Numbered from the stretch's first letter, positions 48,063-57,981 are shown. The stretch: DNA of 64,000 nucleotides from Terriglobia bacterium (GCA_965218585.1 CBDCLE010000005.1:96001-160000); one strand, 5' to 3'. The notes: generated by a model not told the origin, from the sequence alone. A program made the numbers and translations.

Positions 48063-49367
48063 ATGGATTCCCTCTTCGACGATCCCAATCAGGTTGCCGA
48101 AACCGAACATGTTCCCCTGGCCGAGCGGATGCGTCCGACGGCGCTGACCGAGTTCGTCGGGCAGGAGCATCTGCTTGGTCCCGGAAAGGCTCTCAGGTTG
48201 GCCATCGAACACGATCAGACGCCTTCGATGATTCTCTGGGGACCTCCCGGCGTCGGGAAAACGACCCTCGCTCAGATCGTCGCGCACCAGACGCGGTCCG
48301 CGTTCCTGCAGTTCAGTGCCGTGCTTTCGGGAATCAAGGAAATTCGGGAGATTATGGCTGCAGCCGAACGCGCACACAAACTTGGACATCAGACCATCCT
48401 CTTTGTCGACGAAATCCACAGGTTCAACAAGGCCCAGCAGGACGCTTTCCTTCCCTACGTCGAGAAAGGGAGCATTACTCTGATTGGTGCAACCACCGAA
48501 AATCCGTCTTTTGAAGTGATCGCAGCTCTGCTCTCGCGTGTGCGCGTCTTTGTTCTGGAGGCGCTCAAGGATAAAGAGATCGCCCTCCTTGTGGAACGAG
48601 GGGCCAAGACCGTCGGGTGTCAGATTGCTGCTGACGCTCGATCGACGATCGTCGATCTTTCAAACGGGGACGCTCGCGCGGCCTACAACATGCTCGAGAT
48701 GGCCGCGCAGTTCGTCGACTCGGACGACGAGATCTCGAAGAACGTCGTTCAGGAAGTGGCGCAGCGGAAGGTGCTTCTCTACGACAAGGGAGGCGAAGAG
48801 CATTACAACATCATTTCGGCTCTCCACAAATCTATTCGAAATTCAGATGCCGATGCCGCGCTCTATTGGCTCGCACGGATGCTGGAAGCCGGTGAAGACC
48901 CCCTCTACATTGCGCGACGTCTTGTTCGATTCGCTTCTGAAGACGTTGGGTTGGCCGACCCCGACGCATTGGGGCTGGCTCTGGACGCAAAGGAGTCCGT
49001 CAATTTCCTGGGAATGCCCGAGGGGGGATTGGCATTGGCCGAATGTGTGATCTATCTGGTTGCAGCGCCGAAATCCAATTCGGTGTACACGGCTTACTCT
49101 GCCGCCATGGAAGAGGCGCGAAACAGCCGTGCCGAGCCGGTGCCACTGCATTTGAGGAACGCCCCCACGAAATTGATGAAGAGCCTCCACTACGGAGAAG
49201 GATACCGGTACGCGCACGACACAGAGGACGGAGTGGCCGATATGGAGTGCCTGCCTCGAAACCTCGCCCGCCATCGCTATTATCACGGGAAGAAGGTGGG
49301 GGCAGAGGCGGGCCTCATCGAGCGGCTGGAGGAATTCAGGCACCGTTTAAGGAAGGGCCGCAGGTAG
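48063..49367 (+). CDS. rarA: Replication-associated recombination protein A (RarA/MgsA)
   Basis: PLAERMRP, WGPPGVGKTT, DEIHRFNKAQQD, ISALHKSIR.SD and VP.HLRNAP motifs. Confidence 0.95.
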   Translation: MDSLFDDPNQVAETEHVPLAERMRPTALTEFVGQEHLLGPGKALRLAIEHDQTPSMILWGPPGVGKTTLAQIVAHQTRSAFLQFSAVLSGIKEIREIMAAAERAHKLGHQTILFVDEIHRFNKAQQDAFLPYVEKGSITLIGATTENPSFEVIAALLSRVRVFVLEALKDKEIALLVERGAKTVGCQIAADARSTIVDLSNGDARAAYNMLEMAAQFVDSDDEISKNVVQEVAQRKVLLYDKGGEEHYNIISALHKSIRNSDADAALYWLARMLEAGEDPLYIARRLVRFASEDVGLADPDALGLALDAKESVNFLGMPEGGLALAECVIYLVAAPKSNSVYTAYSAAMEEARNSRAEPVPLHLRNAPTKLMKSLHYGEGYRYAHDTEDGVADMECLPRNLARHRYYHGKKVGAEAGLIERLEEFRHRLRKGRR

Positions 49368-49371
49368 CACT

Positions 49372-49764
49372 TCAACGCTTCAGGGCCTTGTGCTCCTTGA
49401 GAATGCACCGGTCCATCACAACCGCCAACCCGGCCTGCCGTGCCTCCTCGGCCGCAGCATCGTCAACGACGCCTTCCTGCATCCAGACGCAACGGGCCCC
49501 GATTTCGATTGCTGCGCCCACAATCTCGGGAACGAATTCCGATCGCCTGAAAATATTGACGATTTCCACAGGTTCAGGAACGTCCGTCAGGTGCGAATAG
49601 ACCTTTTCACCCAGTACCTCCGTTTCGTTGGGGTTCACCGGAATGATTCGATAACCGTTTGCCTGCATGTACCGGCTTACGCTGTGACTGGGCCTTTCGG
49701 TTCTGGACGAAAGGCCGACGACGGCTATCGTTCGATAGGTCTCGAGGATGTCTATTTCCGTCAT
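49372..49764 (-). CDS. CoA-binding protein (YccU-like)
   Basis: IAVVGLS...RPS, GY.IIPVNP, VWMQEG and VMDRC motifs. Confidence 0.9.
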   Translation of the reverse strand: MTEIDILETYRTIAVVGLSSRTERPSHSVSRYMQANGYRIIPVNPNETEVLGEKVYSHLTDVPEPVEIVNIFRRSEFVPEIVGAAIEIGARCVWMQEGVVDDAAAEEARQAGLAVVMDRCILKEHKALKR

Positions 49765-50537
49765 GAGCGTTTCTTTCCCGAAGCGTTCTTTGATCCCGGA
49801 CCGGCTCGGGGCGAACTCTTCTTTCCGTAACGACTATAAAATTTCTCCACCTCGGCGTCTGTAAGATGGCGGGATTCTCCTGACTTAAGTTTCTTGTCTT
49901 CCAGAAAACCGATTCGCGTTCGGCGCAGTTTCATGACGGAGTGCCCAATAGCCTCGAACATTCGCCGAATCTGCCGATTTCGTCCCTGGCGTAGCGTGAC
50001 TTCATACCACGTGTTGTCTCCGGAACGGAAAACTTCGATCTCACATCTCGATGTCCGTACGTCGGTCAGCCGGATTCCTCTTCTCAGGCGGTTGAGCTGA
50101 GCGTCGCTAGGAACGCCGGAAACCTTCACCTGGTAGACCTTTTCTGCGTTTCCCGCCTGGGTCATGAAACGTGTCAACTCCCCGTCGTTGGTCAGAACCA
50201 GAAGGCCTTCCGAGGCAAAGTCGAGACGTCCCACCGGATACACCTTGTCCTGCAGTCGCTTCTCGATGAGATCGGTGACAGTCCGCCGTCCGCCTGGATC
50301 ATCACGCGTCGACAGGACGTTTTTCGGCTTGTTCAGAAGCAGATAGACGGGTTTGCCCGGGGATCGGAGGCGCTTGCCATCCAGGGTGATCACGTCAACG
50401 CGGGGATCGGCTTTCACACCCATCTCGCGGATGATCTCGCCGTTGACGCGAACCCGGCCCTCTTTAATGATCTTCTCCGCATTCCGCCGGGACGCCACAC
50501 CGGCGTGTGCCAGGATTTTTTGTAACCGATCCTGCAC
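49761..50537 (-). CDS. rluB: rRNA pseudouridine synthase (RluB/RsuA family)
   Basis: RLQK.LA.AGVASRR (S4 domain), YPVGRLD..SEGL.VLTNDG and GRNRQIRRM motifs. Confidence 0.88.
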   Translation of the reverse strand: MQDRLQKILAHAGVASRRNAEKIIKEGRVRVNGEIIREMGVKADPRVDVITLDGKRLRSPGKPVYLLLNKPKNVLSTRDDPGGRRTVTDLIEKRLQDKVYPVGRLDFASEGLLVLTNDGELTRFMTQAGNAEKVYQVKVSGVPSDAQLNRLRRGIRLTDVRTSRCEIEVFRSGDNTWYEVTLRQGRNRQIRRMFEAIGHSVMKLRRTRIGFLEDKKLKSGESRHLTDAEVEKFYSRYGKKSSPRAGPGSKNASGKKRS

Positions 50538-50597
50538 TATACGGATTCCAAGGATGGGTTCATTGGTAGAGATTACACGGGTCCGGACTGAACCGGG

Positions 50598-51212
50598 TTA
50601 CTCGGCGGCCTCTTCCTCGACGGGTTCGTTCTCCGCCTCGCCTTCCTCCAACGGAAGTTCAGCCTGTTCGGAGTGCTCGGATTTGATCAGCTCCTCGAAC
50701 TCTTCCATGCTGGGTAACTCGTCCAGGTTTTTGAGGCCGAAGTGGACCAGGAAGCTGCGCGTGGTCTTGTAGAGGATGGGGCGGCCGACGACGTCTTTGC
50801 GTCCTGCAGCGGTGACCAGCTTTCTATCCAGCAAGGTCTTGATCACGCCTGATGCATGAACACCACGGACTTCCTGGATTTCCGGGATCGTAATCGGCTG
50901 TCTATATGCGATCACGGCGAGAGTTTCGAGCGCCGCGAGTGAAAGGCGGGTCGGAGGGACCAGGCTTCTGGCGAATTTCTTCAGAACTTCATGGTGCTCC
51001 GGTTTCGTGGAAAAGCGGTATCCATCTGCAACTTCACGTACTTCGATTCCGTGGGCTGTTGACTGAAAGCGTTCTACAAGGGCATTCAGTTCATCTGCGA
51101 GCTCGGCGGGCGGAACCGCTGGCAGCGCTTTCTGGATCTGCTTCAGTCGGACGGGCTCGTCGGCGAGGTAGATAATCGCCTCAAGCAAAGCTGAAAGATT
51201 GGGATCGCTCAT
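50598..51212 (-). CDS. scpB: Segregation and condensation protein B
   Basis: LEAIIY, LS.AALETLA.IAYRQP.T, IRGV-like, GRP.LY.TT..FL..FGL motifs; start at MSDPN. Confidence 0.92.
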   Translation of the reverse strand: MSDPNLSALLEAIIYLADEPVRLKQIQKALPAVPPAELADELNALVERFQSTAHGIEVREVADGYRFSTKPEHHEVLKKFARSLVPPTRLSLAALETLAVIAYRQPITIPEIQEVRGVHASGVIKTLLDRKLVTAAGRKDVVGRPILYKTTRSFLVHFGLKNLDELPSMEEFEELIKSEHSEQAELPLEEGEAENEPVEEEAAE

Positions 51213-51930
51213 GCTTCGGGTTTGCTCGCAAGTGGATGTCTCCGAACGCATCCTTTTGACCGATCTGAATCGCACGAATCCGGGCAAGCTCCAGAAGTGC
51301 GAGAAACGCTGTTATCAAAGCCTTTCTGGTCGAGAACCGCTCCATCAACTTAGTGAAGAGGAGGCCGGAGGGTGCAGCGTCGAGGCGTTGCAGCATTAAG
51401 GCGGCCATTTCCTCGACCGAAAACTCTTCTCTCTCGACATCCAGGGACGGACGTTCTTCGAATCGCTTCAGGACGTCACGGAAAACCGCAAGCATGTCGA
51501 AGAGTGTAGCCGTGACCTCGGGTTCGAGTTCGCTCTGCTCGACGTCCAGACTCCCCGGGCGAGTCCAGGCGGACTTTTCGACGAGTTCCCTCTGGTAAAG
51601 CATCTCGGCTGCATTCTTGAACTTCTCATGTTCAAGGAGCCTTCTGACTAGCTCTGCCCGGGGATCTTCCTCTTCTTCCAGATCTCGATCCGGGTCTGGA
51701 GGCAGCAGCATGCGCGATTTGATGTAGATCAATTGTGCCGCTATCACCAGAAACTCGGAAGCCGTATCCACGTTCATCTCCTTCATCAGATGGAGATAGT
51801 CCAGGTATTGGGATGTGACGTCGGCAATAGGAATATCGTAGATGTCGAGTTTCTGCCGGCGAATGAGGTCCAGCAAAAGATCAAGCGGACCTTCGTACAG
51901 AGAGAGCTTGATTTTGAGTTCTTCTGCCAT
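51181..51930 (-). CDS. scpA: Segregation and condensation protein A
   Basis: EGPLDLLL.LI...DIYDIPI, IKSR.LLP, DPR.ELV..LLE and FLALLEL motifs. Confidence 0.93.
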   Translation of the reverse strand: MAEELKIKLSLYEGPLDLLLDLIRRQKLDIYDIPIADVTSQYLDYLHLMKEMNVDTASEFLVIAAQLIYIKSRMLLPPDPDRDLEEEEDPRAELVRRLLEHEKFKNAAEMLYQRELVEKSAWTRPGSLDVEQSELEPEVTATLFDMLAVFRDVLKRFEERPSLDVEREEFSVEEMAALMLQRLDAAPSGLLFTKLMERFSTRKALITAFLALLELARIRAIQIGQKDAFGDIHLRANPKHERSQSFSFA

Positions 51931-51937
51931 TGAACTA

Positions 51938-52921
51938 TTAGAGTTTCATCGCGTCGCGAACTTCCGACATGGTCTCGTCGGCGGCTGAACGCGCACGACT
52001 GGCTCCAACGTCGAGGACCTCCAGGACTTCGGCCCTGTTTTCGTCGTAATGGACGCGCCGTTCGTAAATCGGCCCGAGCTTTTCCTGATGGCTCTCAAAC
52101 AGCCAACCCTTACATTCCACACAGCCTATTCCCGCGCTGCGACAACCTTGGTCCACGTCCTGGAGCTTTTTTTCATCGGAAAAGACCTTGTGGTAGTCGA
52201 ACACGGGACAGACTTCGGGATTTCCGGGATCCGTGCGCCTCTTGCGAGCCGGATCAGTCATCATCGTCAGCATCGATTTCTTTACGGTCTCGGGCGGGTC
52301 CCCGATAGCGATCGTGTTGCCGTAGCTCTTGCTCATTTTCCGCCCGTCGGTTCCGGGTAGTTTGGGCGTTTGGGCCAGCAGCGCTTTCGGCTCGGGGAAA
52401 ACCTTCGCATAAATTCGATTGAAGCGGCGAGCGATCTCCCGGGTCAATTCGACGTGAGCGACCTGGTCCTCCCCGACGGGAACGCCGATCGCCTTGTAGA
52501 TGAGGATGTCTGCGGACTGGAGCACGGGGTATCCAAGGAAACCGTAGGTATTGATATCGTGATCGATGTTTTCCTGTAACTCCTTGTAGGAGGGTACACG
52601 CTCCAGCCAGCCCAGAGGCGTGACCATCGAGAGCAGCAAGTGCAGTTCAGAATGTTCCAGGACGCTGGACTGCAGGAATATCGTCGATCTGTCCGGGTCC
52701 AGGCCGGCGGCCAGAAAGTCGATCGCAACCTGAATCGAGCTTTCCCGGAAGTTGTTGCCGCTGTCGAAGTCCGTGGTGAGTGCGTGCCAGTCTGCAACAA
52801 AACAGAAATTTTCGTACTCGTCCTGGAGGTGGACCCAATTTTCCAACGCACCTACGTAGTTGCCCAGGTGCAATCGGCCGGTTGGACGCATCCCGCTGAG
52901 TACGCGTTTCTTTACCACCAA
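51938..52921 (-). CDS. trpS: Tryptophan--tRNA ligase (start may be GTG 52918)
   Basis: SGMRPTG.LHLGNY (HIGH), YPVLQ.ADIL, VPVGEDQ and KMSKS motifs. Confidence 0.96.
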   Translation of the reverse strand: MVVKKRVLSGMRPTGRLHLGNYVGALENWVHLQDEYENFCFVADWHALTTDFDSGNNFRESSIQVAIDFLAAGLDPDRSTIFLQSSVLEHSELHLLLSMVTPLGWLERVPSYKELQENIDHDINTYGFLGYPVLQSADILIYKAIGVPVGEDQVAHVELTREIARRFNRIYAKVFPEPKALLAQTPKLPGTDGRKMSKSYGNTIAIGDPPETVKKSMLTMMTDPARKRRTDPGNPEVCPVFDYHKVFSDEKKLQDVDQGCRSAGIGCVECKGWLFESHQEKLGPIYERRVHYDENRAEVLEVLDVGASRARSAADETMSEVRDAMKL

Positions 52922-52928
52922 TAAACCA

Positions 52929-53603
52929 CTAATAAACGAGGAAGGATTGCACCACCCCGATCACCGGATTGAACAGGTACCAGGGAATGCCGAGATACAG
53001 CAGTCCGATCAGAATCACAAAACCGTAGCTCTGTAGCATGTTAAAGCCGCGTGACAGTGACTCGGGGAGGAGACCACCGAGGACGGCGGCCCCATCGAGT
53101 GGCGCTACAGGGATCATGTTGAAGATGGCGAGGATCAAGTTGATCATCACGCCGAAGTAGGCCATGGAAACCAGCGCGGGGACCACTCCGTCGCCGGGGA
53201 CCCCTCGAACAACCTGATTTAGAATCAGTCCCATCGCAGGCGACGTCGACTTCATGAGCAGAAGCACACCCAGGAGTCCACTGGCCATCAGCAGATTGCT
53301 CACTGGGCCCGCCGCGGCAACCAGCATGTAGTCACGCCTCGGGTTGTTCAGGCGGGCGACGTTGACGGGAACGGGCTTCGCCCAGCCGAAGATGATCCCA
53401 CCGATCATGAAACCCATAAGCGGGAATAGAAATGTCCCGAAGAAATCAGCATGAACCAGCGGATTGAACGAGATCCGGCCCAGATGTCGAGCCGTGGGAT
53501 CGCCAAGTCGGTCCGCGCTCCACGCGTGTGCGGACTCGTGGATGCTGAGTGACACGAGCAGAACGATAAGTGACGATACCAGCGATACGAGGTCGATATT
53601 CAT
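52929..53603 (-). CDS. Site-2 protease (peptidase M50)
   Basis: HESAH (HExxH), LGDPTA, GWAKPVP, AGP.SN and FNMIP..PLDG motifs; start at MNIDL. Confidence 0.9.
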   Translation of the reverse strand: MNIDLVSLVSSLIVLLVSLSIHESAHAWSADRLGDPTARHLGRISFNPLVHADFFGTFLFPLMGFMIGGIIFGWAKPVPVNVARLNNPRRDYMLVAAAGPVSNLLMASGLLGVLLLMKSTSPAMGLILNQVVRGVPGDGVVPALVSMAYFGVMINLILAIFNMIPVAPLDGAAVLGGLLPESLSRGFNMLQSYGFVILIGLLYLGIPWYLFNPVIGVVQSFLVY

Positions 53604-53677
53604 CGGGATCAATGCTAGCACACAGGTTGGGAGAGATAAGGTCCGATCATCCGACTGCCTGCCGCCTCGACTTCGCC

Positions 53678-54098
53678 TTAATTCGGGGACAGTGAGCAAT
53701 TAATTCAGGACTTGCAGCCCTCGCTCAAACGGTCATCCTGACCGAGCGAGGTTCGCCGCCCGAAGTCTCGGGACTGCGGGCCCTTTCTGTTCTTTTGACG
53801 TAACGTTCTGGTTCCTTCAAAAGGGCTTGCGATTATCCGATGGCGTGGGGGGACCGGACCGGCGCTCGAGCTCCCGAGAACACATCGAATCGCGAAAAGG
53901 TCAGTGCGCTCTCCACGGGCTAGTCTATTGGGACGGTGGGCCCGACCTGCTTTCACATAGAAGACTCAGACAGGACGTCTGAAGAACGATCGAGCGAAAT
54001 CTTCGTCGCTTAATTCGGGGACAGTGAGCAAATTCGCGTCGTCGGGATTCCGCACGAAGTCGCGAGTATCCTGAAATTGCTCACTGTCCCCGAATTAA
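53678..54098. repeat. MITE/REP-like element with three copies of a 22-bp GGGGACAG-containing repeat
   Basis: TTAATTCGGGGACAGTGAGCAA occurs at 53678-53699 and 54010-54031 (direct) and 54077-54098 (inverted); it encloses the repeat shared with 42174-42278. Confidence 0.8.
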
Positions 54099-54108
54099 CA
54101 CCAACTGC

Positions 54109-54117
54109 TGCTATAAT
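54109..54117 (+). promoter_or_regulatory. Extended -10 promoter, probably leaderless, for ccsA-hemACD
   Basis: TGCTATAAT ends 6 nt before the ATG at 54124; no Shine-Dalgarno. Confidence 0.6.
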
Positions 54118-54123
54118 TTGGCC

Positions 54124-54939
54124 ATGCACGTCGTGCTGCTGAGAGTCGCTTTGGCCTTCTATTCAGTGGGCTTACTGCATTCAGTCGTTTCGGTTCTCAG
54201 TAAAAAATACACCCTGTTTCGCGCAAGCCTCTACGCGGTTATGGCGGGCTTTGTCTGCCAGGCGGTCTCGATCATTCTGCGGGCCACTGAACTCAACTAC
54301 ATGCCATTGGGTCAGCGTTATGAGGCTTTCTCATTTTTCGCTGTCCTGGGTGCCATGGGATATCTCATCGCGTATGCCCGGTACAGAATCGCAACGCTGA
54401 GCATATTTGTGTTCCCACTGATTTTTATTCTGACGTTTATTGCGAACGTCGCCTACGACCCATCGAGTTCGATTCCTCCGGCAATCCAGAGCAATTGGAT
54501 TTATGTTCACACGCCTTTGATTTTCCTGGGATACGCAGCTCTGTTTATCTGTTTTGCAGGGTCGACGATGTACCTGATTCAGGAACGGGAACTGAAATTG
54601 AAGCATCATTCCCTCTTCTACTATCGGTTGCCTTCACTGGAAATTTGCGACGACCTTTCGTATCGTTCTCTGGCCATTGGGTTTCCCCTGATCACGCTCG
54701 GCCTGGTTTCCGGAGCCCTTTGGGCTCAATCGGCCTGGGGAACCGTGTGGGGGGGCGACCTGAAGATCCTGTTGTCTCTGTTTACGTGGCTCATCTATCT
54801 CCTGTTGATCCACTATCGGTTCATTGCGGGTTGGCGGGGGAAGCGGGCGGCTTATCTGGCAATTGCAGGGTTCGTCAGTGTGCTGGTGTCTTTTCTTGGG
54901 GCAAATTATTTCGGGGGACTTCATTCGTTCACACAGTGA
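54124..54939 (+). CDS. Cytochrome c assembly/HemX-like membrane protein (CcsA family)
   Basis: W.YVH, YL.QE..LK, LPSL..D, GF...TLG..SGA.WA..WG..W.GD.K (WWD-like) and GWRG.R.A motifs. Confidence 0.85.
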   Translation: MHVVLLRVALAFYSVGLLHSVVSVLSKKYTLFRASLYAVMAGFVCQAVSIILRATELNYMPLGQRYEAFSFFAVLGAMGYLIAYARYRIATLSIFVFPLIFILTFIANVAYDPSSSIPPAIQSNWIYVHTPLIFLGYAALFICFAGSTMYLIQERELKLKHHSLFYYRLPSLEICDDLSYRSLAIGFPLITLGLVSGALWAQSAWGTVWGGDLKILLSLFTWLIYLLLIHYRFIAGWRGKRAAYLAIAGFVSVLVSFLGANYFGGLHSFTQ

Positions 54940-54975
54940 GCAGAGTGGTTCGGTGAACCCGGTCGGTTAAATCTT

Positions 54976-56232
54976 ATGCAACTGGCGCTAGTTGGGTTGA
55001 GTCACAAGACAGCTCCGGTGGAAATCCGGGAGCGACTCGCCTTCGAAAACGGAGACATGGGTGGCGCTCTTCGTTCCCTGGTGTCATGCGACGGAATCTC
55101 TGAAGCGATGATCCTATCGACCTGCAATCGGGTCGAGCTTCTCGTTGAAGCCTCGGATGAAGCCCAGGCTCGAGATTTCCTCTGTTCGTATCATCGCGTA
55201 GCATCGGATAGCATTGCCAACCATCTATACACCCTCCGGAACAACGACGTCATCCGCCATGTCTTCCGGGTTGCCTCGAGCCTCGACTCGATGATTATTG
55301 GTGAGCCCCAGATTCTCGGTCAGGTGAAAGAAGCCTACCGTCTTGCTGCCGACGCGGGCACCGTTGGAGTGAACATCGGCTCGGTGATGGATCGGGCTTT
55401 CCTTGTCGCAAAGAAGGTGCGGAGCGAAACCGGTATCGCCCAGTCGGCTGTTTCTGTAAGTTATGCCGCCGTCGAACTCGCCCGGAAGATCTTCGGGGGC
55501 CTCGAAGCCAAGAGTGTGATGATTATCGGTGCCAGTAAGATGGGGGAGCTCTCGGCCAAGCATCTCAAACGGGTCGGCGTGTCCAGGGTTCTGGTAACCA
55601 ATCGCACGTTTGAGCACGCCGTCGAGATGGCTCAGATCTTTGATGGTGCGGCGATTCCGTTTGAGCACCTTAATGACCATATCGACAGGGCCGATATCGT
55701 AATAAGTTCAACCGGCGCCCCGCATTTCGTTATCACCAAACCCCAGGCGGAGCACATCATGCGCGAGAGGAGGAACCGGCCGATGTTTTTTATCGACATC
55801 GCAGTTCCGCGCGACATCGATCCCGCTGTCAACGAAATCGACAACCTCTTCCTATACGACATCGATGACCTCCAGCAGGTGGTTGATGACAACATGAAGG
55901 AGAGGATGAGCGAAGCCGGACGCGCCGAAGAAATCGTCGACAGCGAAGTGGAAGCCTTTTACTCGAAGCTGCGATCGCGCGAAGTCGTTCCCACGATCGT
56001 CGAGCTCAGGGAAGCTCTGGAAAAACTCCGACGTGATGAGATAGAGCGGAACCGCAAGCAGCTGGGCCCGATGAACGCCGAGCAGCAGGAAGCTTTGGAA
56101 CGGATCACCCAGTCTATGATCAACAAGATCCTTCACCATCCGATCACACAACTCAAGGATATGGCCCACCATCCTGAAGGGCCTGAATACGTCAAGTTCG
56201 TCCGAAAGATATTCAATGTCAAAGACCAGTAG
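54976..56232 (+). CDS. hemA: Glutamyl-tRNA reductase
   Basis: GLSHKTAPVEIRE, LSTCNRVE, LDSM..GEPQILGQ and IDIAVPRD motifs. Confidence 0.96.
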   Translation: MQLALVGLSHKTAPVEIRERLAFENGDMGGALRSLVSCDGISEAMILSTCNRVELLVEASDEAQARDFLCSYHRVASDSIANHLYTLRNNDVIRHVFRVASSLDSMIIGEPQILGQVKEAYRLAADAGTVGVNIGSVMDRAFLVAKKVRSETGIAQSAVSVSYAAVELARKIFGGLEAKSVMIIGASKMGELSAKHLKRVGVSRVLVTNRTFEHAVEMAQIFDGAAIPFEHLNDHIDRADIVISSTGAPHFVITKPQAEHIMRERRNRPMFFIDIAVPRDIDPAVNEIDNLFLYDIDDLQQVVDDNMKERMSEAGRAEEIVDSEVEAFYSKLRSREVVPTIVELREALEKLRRDEIERNRKQLGPMNAEQQEALERITQSMINKILHHPITQLKDMAHHPEGPEYVKFVRKIFNVKDQ

Positions 56233-57154
56233 CGAGCTCAGGCTTGGTACGCGCGGTAGCGCGCTGGCATTGTGGCAGGCAAACTGGGCGCAGTCCGAGC
56301 TGGAACGCCGGGTTCGGGGCCTCAAGGTCGAAATTCTTCCTATTAAAACGACGGGCGATCGTATTCAGGATGTGCCGCTGGCCCAGGTCGGTGGAAAGGG
56401 TCTTTTTACCAAAGAACTCGACGAGGCCCTTCTCGACGGCCGGATCGATTTCGCTGTGCACAGCCTGAAGGACCTCCCGTTTCGGTTGCCGGAAGGAACC
56501 CTTCTTGCCGCGGTTACGAAACGGGAAGACCCCAGGGACGCGCTCGTGTCCAAAGGTGTGAGCCTCAAAGACATGCCCTCGGGGGCACGTGTGGGTACCG
56601 GCAGCCTTCGCCGTCAGGCGCAGCTGCGGCATCGGTTCCCCTCCCTCGATGTCGTCCCGATTCGGGGAAACGTCGACACGCGTTTGAAAAAACTCGATGC
56701 AGGCGATTATGAAGGGATCATCCTGGCCGCTGCAGGTCTGAAGCGACTTGGACACAAGAACCGCATCACAGAGTACCTCGGGTCCGAGGTCATGCTGTCA
56801 GCAGTCGGGCAGGGTGCGCTGGGAATTGTCTGCCGCAGCGAAGACACCCCCACCCGGGAGGCGCTCGAGGTTCTCGAAGACGCGGACACGCATCAAGCTG
56901 TCGTTGCCGAGAGGGCTCTTATGGCCAGCCTGGACGGGAGTTGCCAGGTGCCGATCGCGGGTCATGCCCGCATCGAAGGAGACGAGATTGTCTTAGACGG
57001 CCTGATCGCAAGCCTGGATGGTGAACAAGTGATCGCCGACTCGGCCCGCGGCCCCCGGTCCAATCCCTCCGACATAGGAGAGGACCTGGGACGTCGACTC
57101 CGGGCCGGGGGAGCAGACGCCGTCTTGGACGAGATCCGCCGGCATGGGGCTTGA
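56216..57154 (+). CDS. hemC: Hydroxymethylbilane synthase (porphobilinogen deaminase)
   Basis: GTRGS.LA.WQ, GKGLFTKE, VHSLKD, IRGNVDTRL and L.GSC.VP motifs. Confidence 0.96.
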   Translation: MSKTSSELRLGTRGSALALWQANWAQSELERRVRGLKVEILPIKTTGDRIQDVPLAQVGGKGLFTKELDEALLDGRIDFAVHSLKDLPFRLPEGTLLAAVTKREDPRDALVSKGVSLKDMPSGARVGTGSLRRQAQLRHRFPSLDVVPIRGNVDTRLKKLDAGDYEGIILAAAGLKRLGHKNRITEYLGSEVMLSAVGQGALGIVCRSEDTPTREALEVLEDADTHQAVVAERALMASLDGSCQVPIAGHARIEGDEIVLDGLIASLDGEQVIADSARGPRSNPSDIGEDLGRRLRAGGADAVLDEIRRHGA

Positions 57155-57905
57155 AGGCAAGACGGTTCTGGTGACCCGATCTCTTTCCCAGAGCCGGGAG
57201 CTTGGAAGCCTGCTTGAAGGGCTCGGGGCCAAAGTCGTCTCGATTCCAACGATAGCGATTGGCCCACCTGAAACCTGGGACCCCGTCGATTATGCGATCA
57301 AACGCATCGCTGATTTCGACTGGATAATCTTCACAAGCGCCAACTCTGTCGATGCTTTTCTCGACCGGGCGGGAAGCCTGTCCGGTTCGTCCGGTTTGAA
57401 GGTTGCTGCAGTGGGTAGCCAGACTGCCCGACGGCTCGAAGAGCGGGAACTGAAGGCTGACCTCGTTCCGGAGGACTTCCGCGCCGAAGGCCTCATCAAA
57501 CACTTTCCTGAAGATCTGACCCGCACCCGAATCTTACTGCCAAGAGCCGAGACCGGTACCGATTTGCTTCCGGACACGCTCACCGGCCGAGGCGCACAGG
57601 TGGATGTTGTCGCGGTCTACAGGAATGAGATGCCGACCACAGGCGGCGACGAACTGCGTGCTCTCCTCGCAGCCGGCACCATTGATTGCATCACGCTCAC
57701 CAGCGGCTCTACTGCAAAGAACCTGGTTCGAATGCTGGCCACTTCAGATAACGTGATCTCCCTCGAGGGGCCCGCCGTGGCAGTCATCGGGCCTGTGACC
57801 CGCCAGGCGGTGCTCCAACTGGGTCTTCATGTGGATATCGAACCCGAGATGGCCACAATTCCTGCTCTGGTAGACGCTATCCAACATTATTTCGAAACGA
57901 AATAA
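57144..57905 (+). CDS. hemD: Uroporphyrinogen-III synthase
   Basis: VLVTR, W.IFTS.N.V, AVG..TA, VYRN, TSGS and IGP.T motifs. Confidence 0.92.
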   Translation: MGLEGKTVLVTRSLSQSRELGSLLEGLGAKVVSIPTIAIGPPETWDPVDYAIKRIADFDWIIFTSANSVDAFLDRAGSLSGSSGLKVAAVGSQTARRLEERELKADLVPEDFRAEGLIKHFPEDLTRTRILLPRAETGTDLLPDTLTGRGAQVDVVAVYRNEMPTTGGDELRALLAAGTIDCITLTSGSTAKNLVRMLATSDNVISLEGPAVAVIGPVTRQAVLQLGLHVDIEPEMATIPALVDAIQHYFETK

Positions 57906-57981
57906 GAACGGTCATAATGTCGTCACCATGCTCGGATGTCGTTGAGAGTCGCGGTGACCGACACGCAGGTGGGAGATACAG

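Noticed and set aside
53678-54098. CRISPR array or T-box upstream of the site-2 protease/trpS operon
   Set aside because: The three 22-bp copies have irregular spacing and one is inverted; there are no cas genes, and no T-box consensus was recognised.
54124-57905. ccsA-like gene in the hem operon as a novelty
   Set aside because: The ccsA/hemX-hemA-hemC-hemD arrangement is well known.
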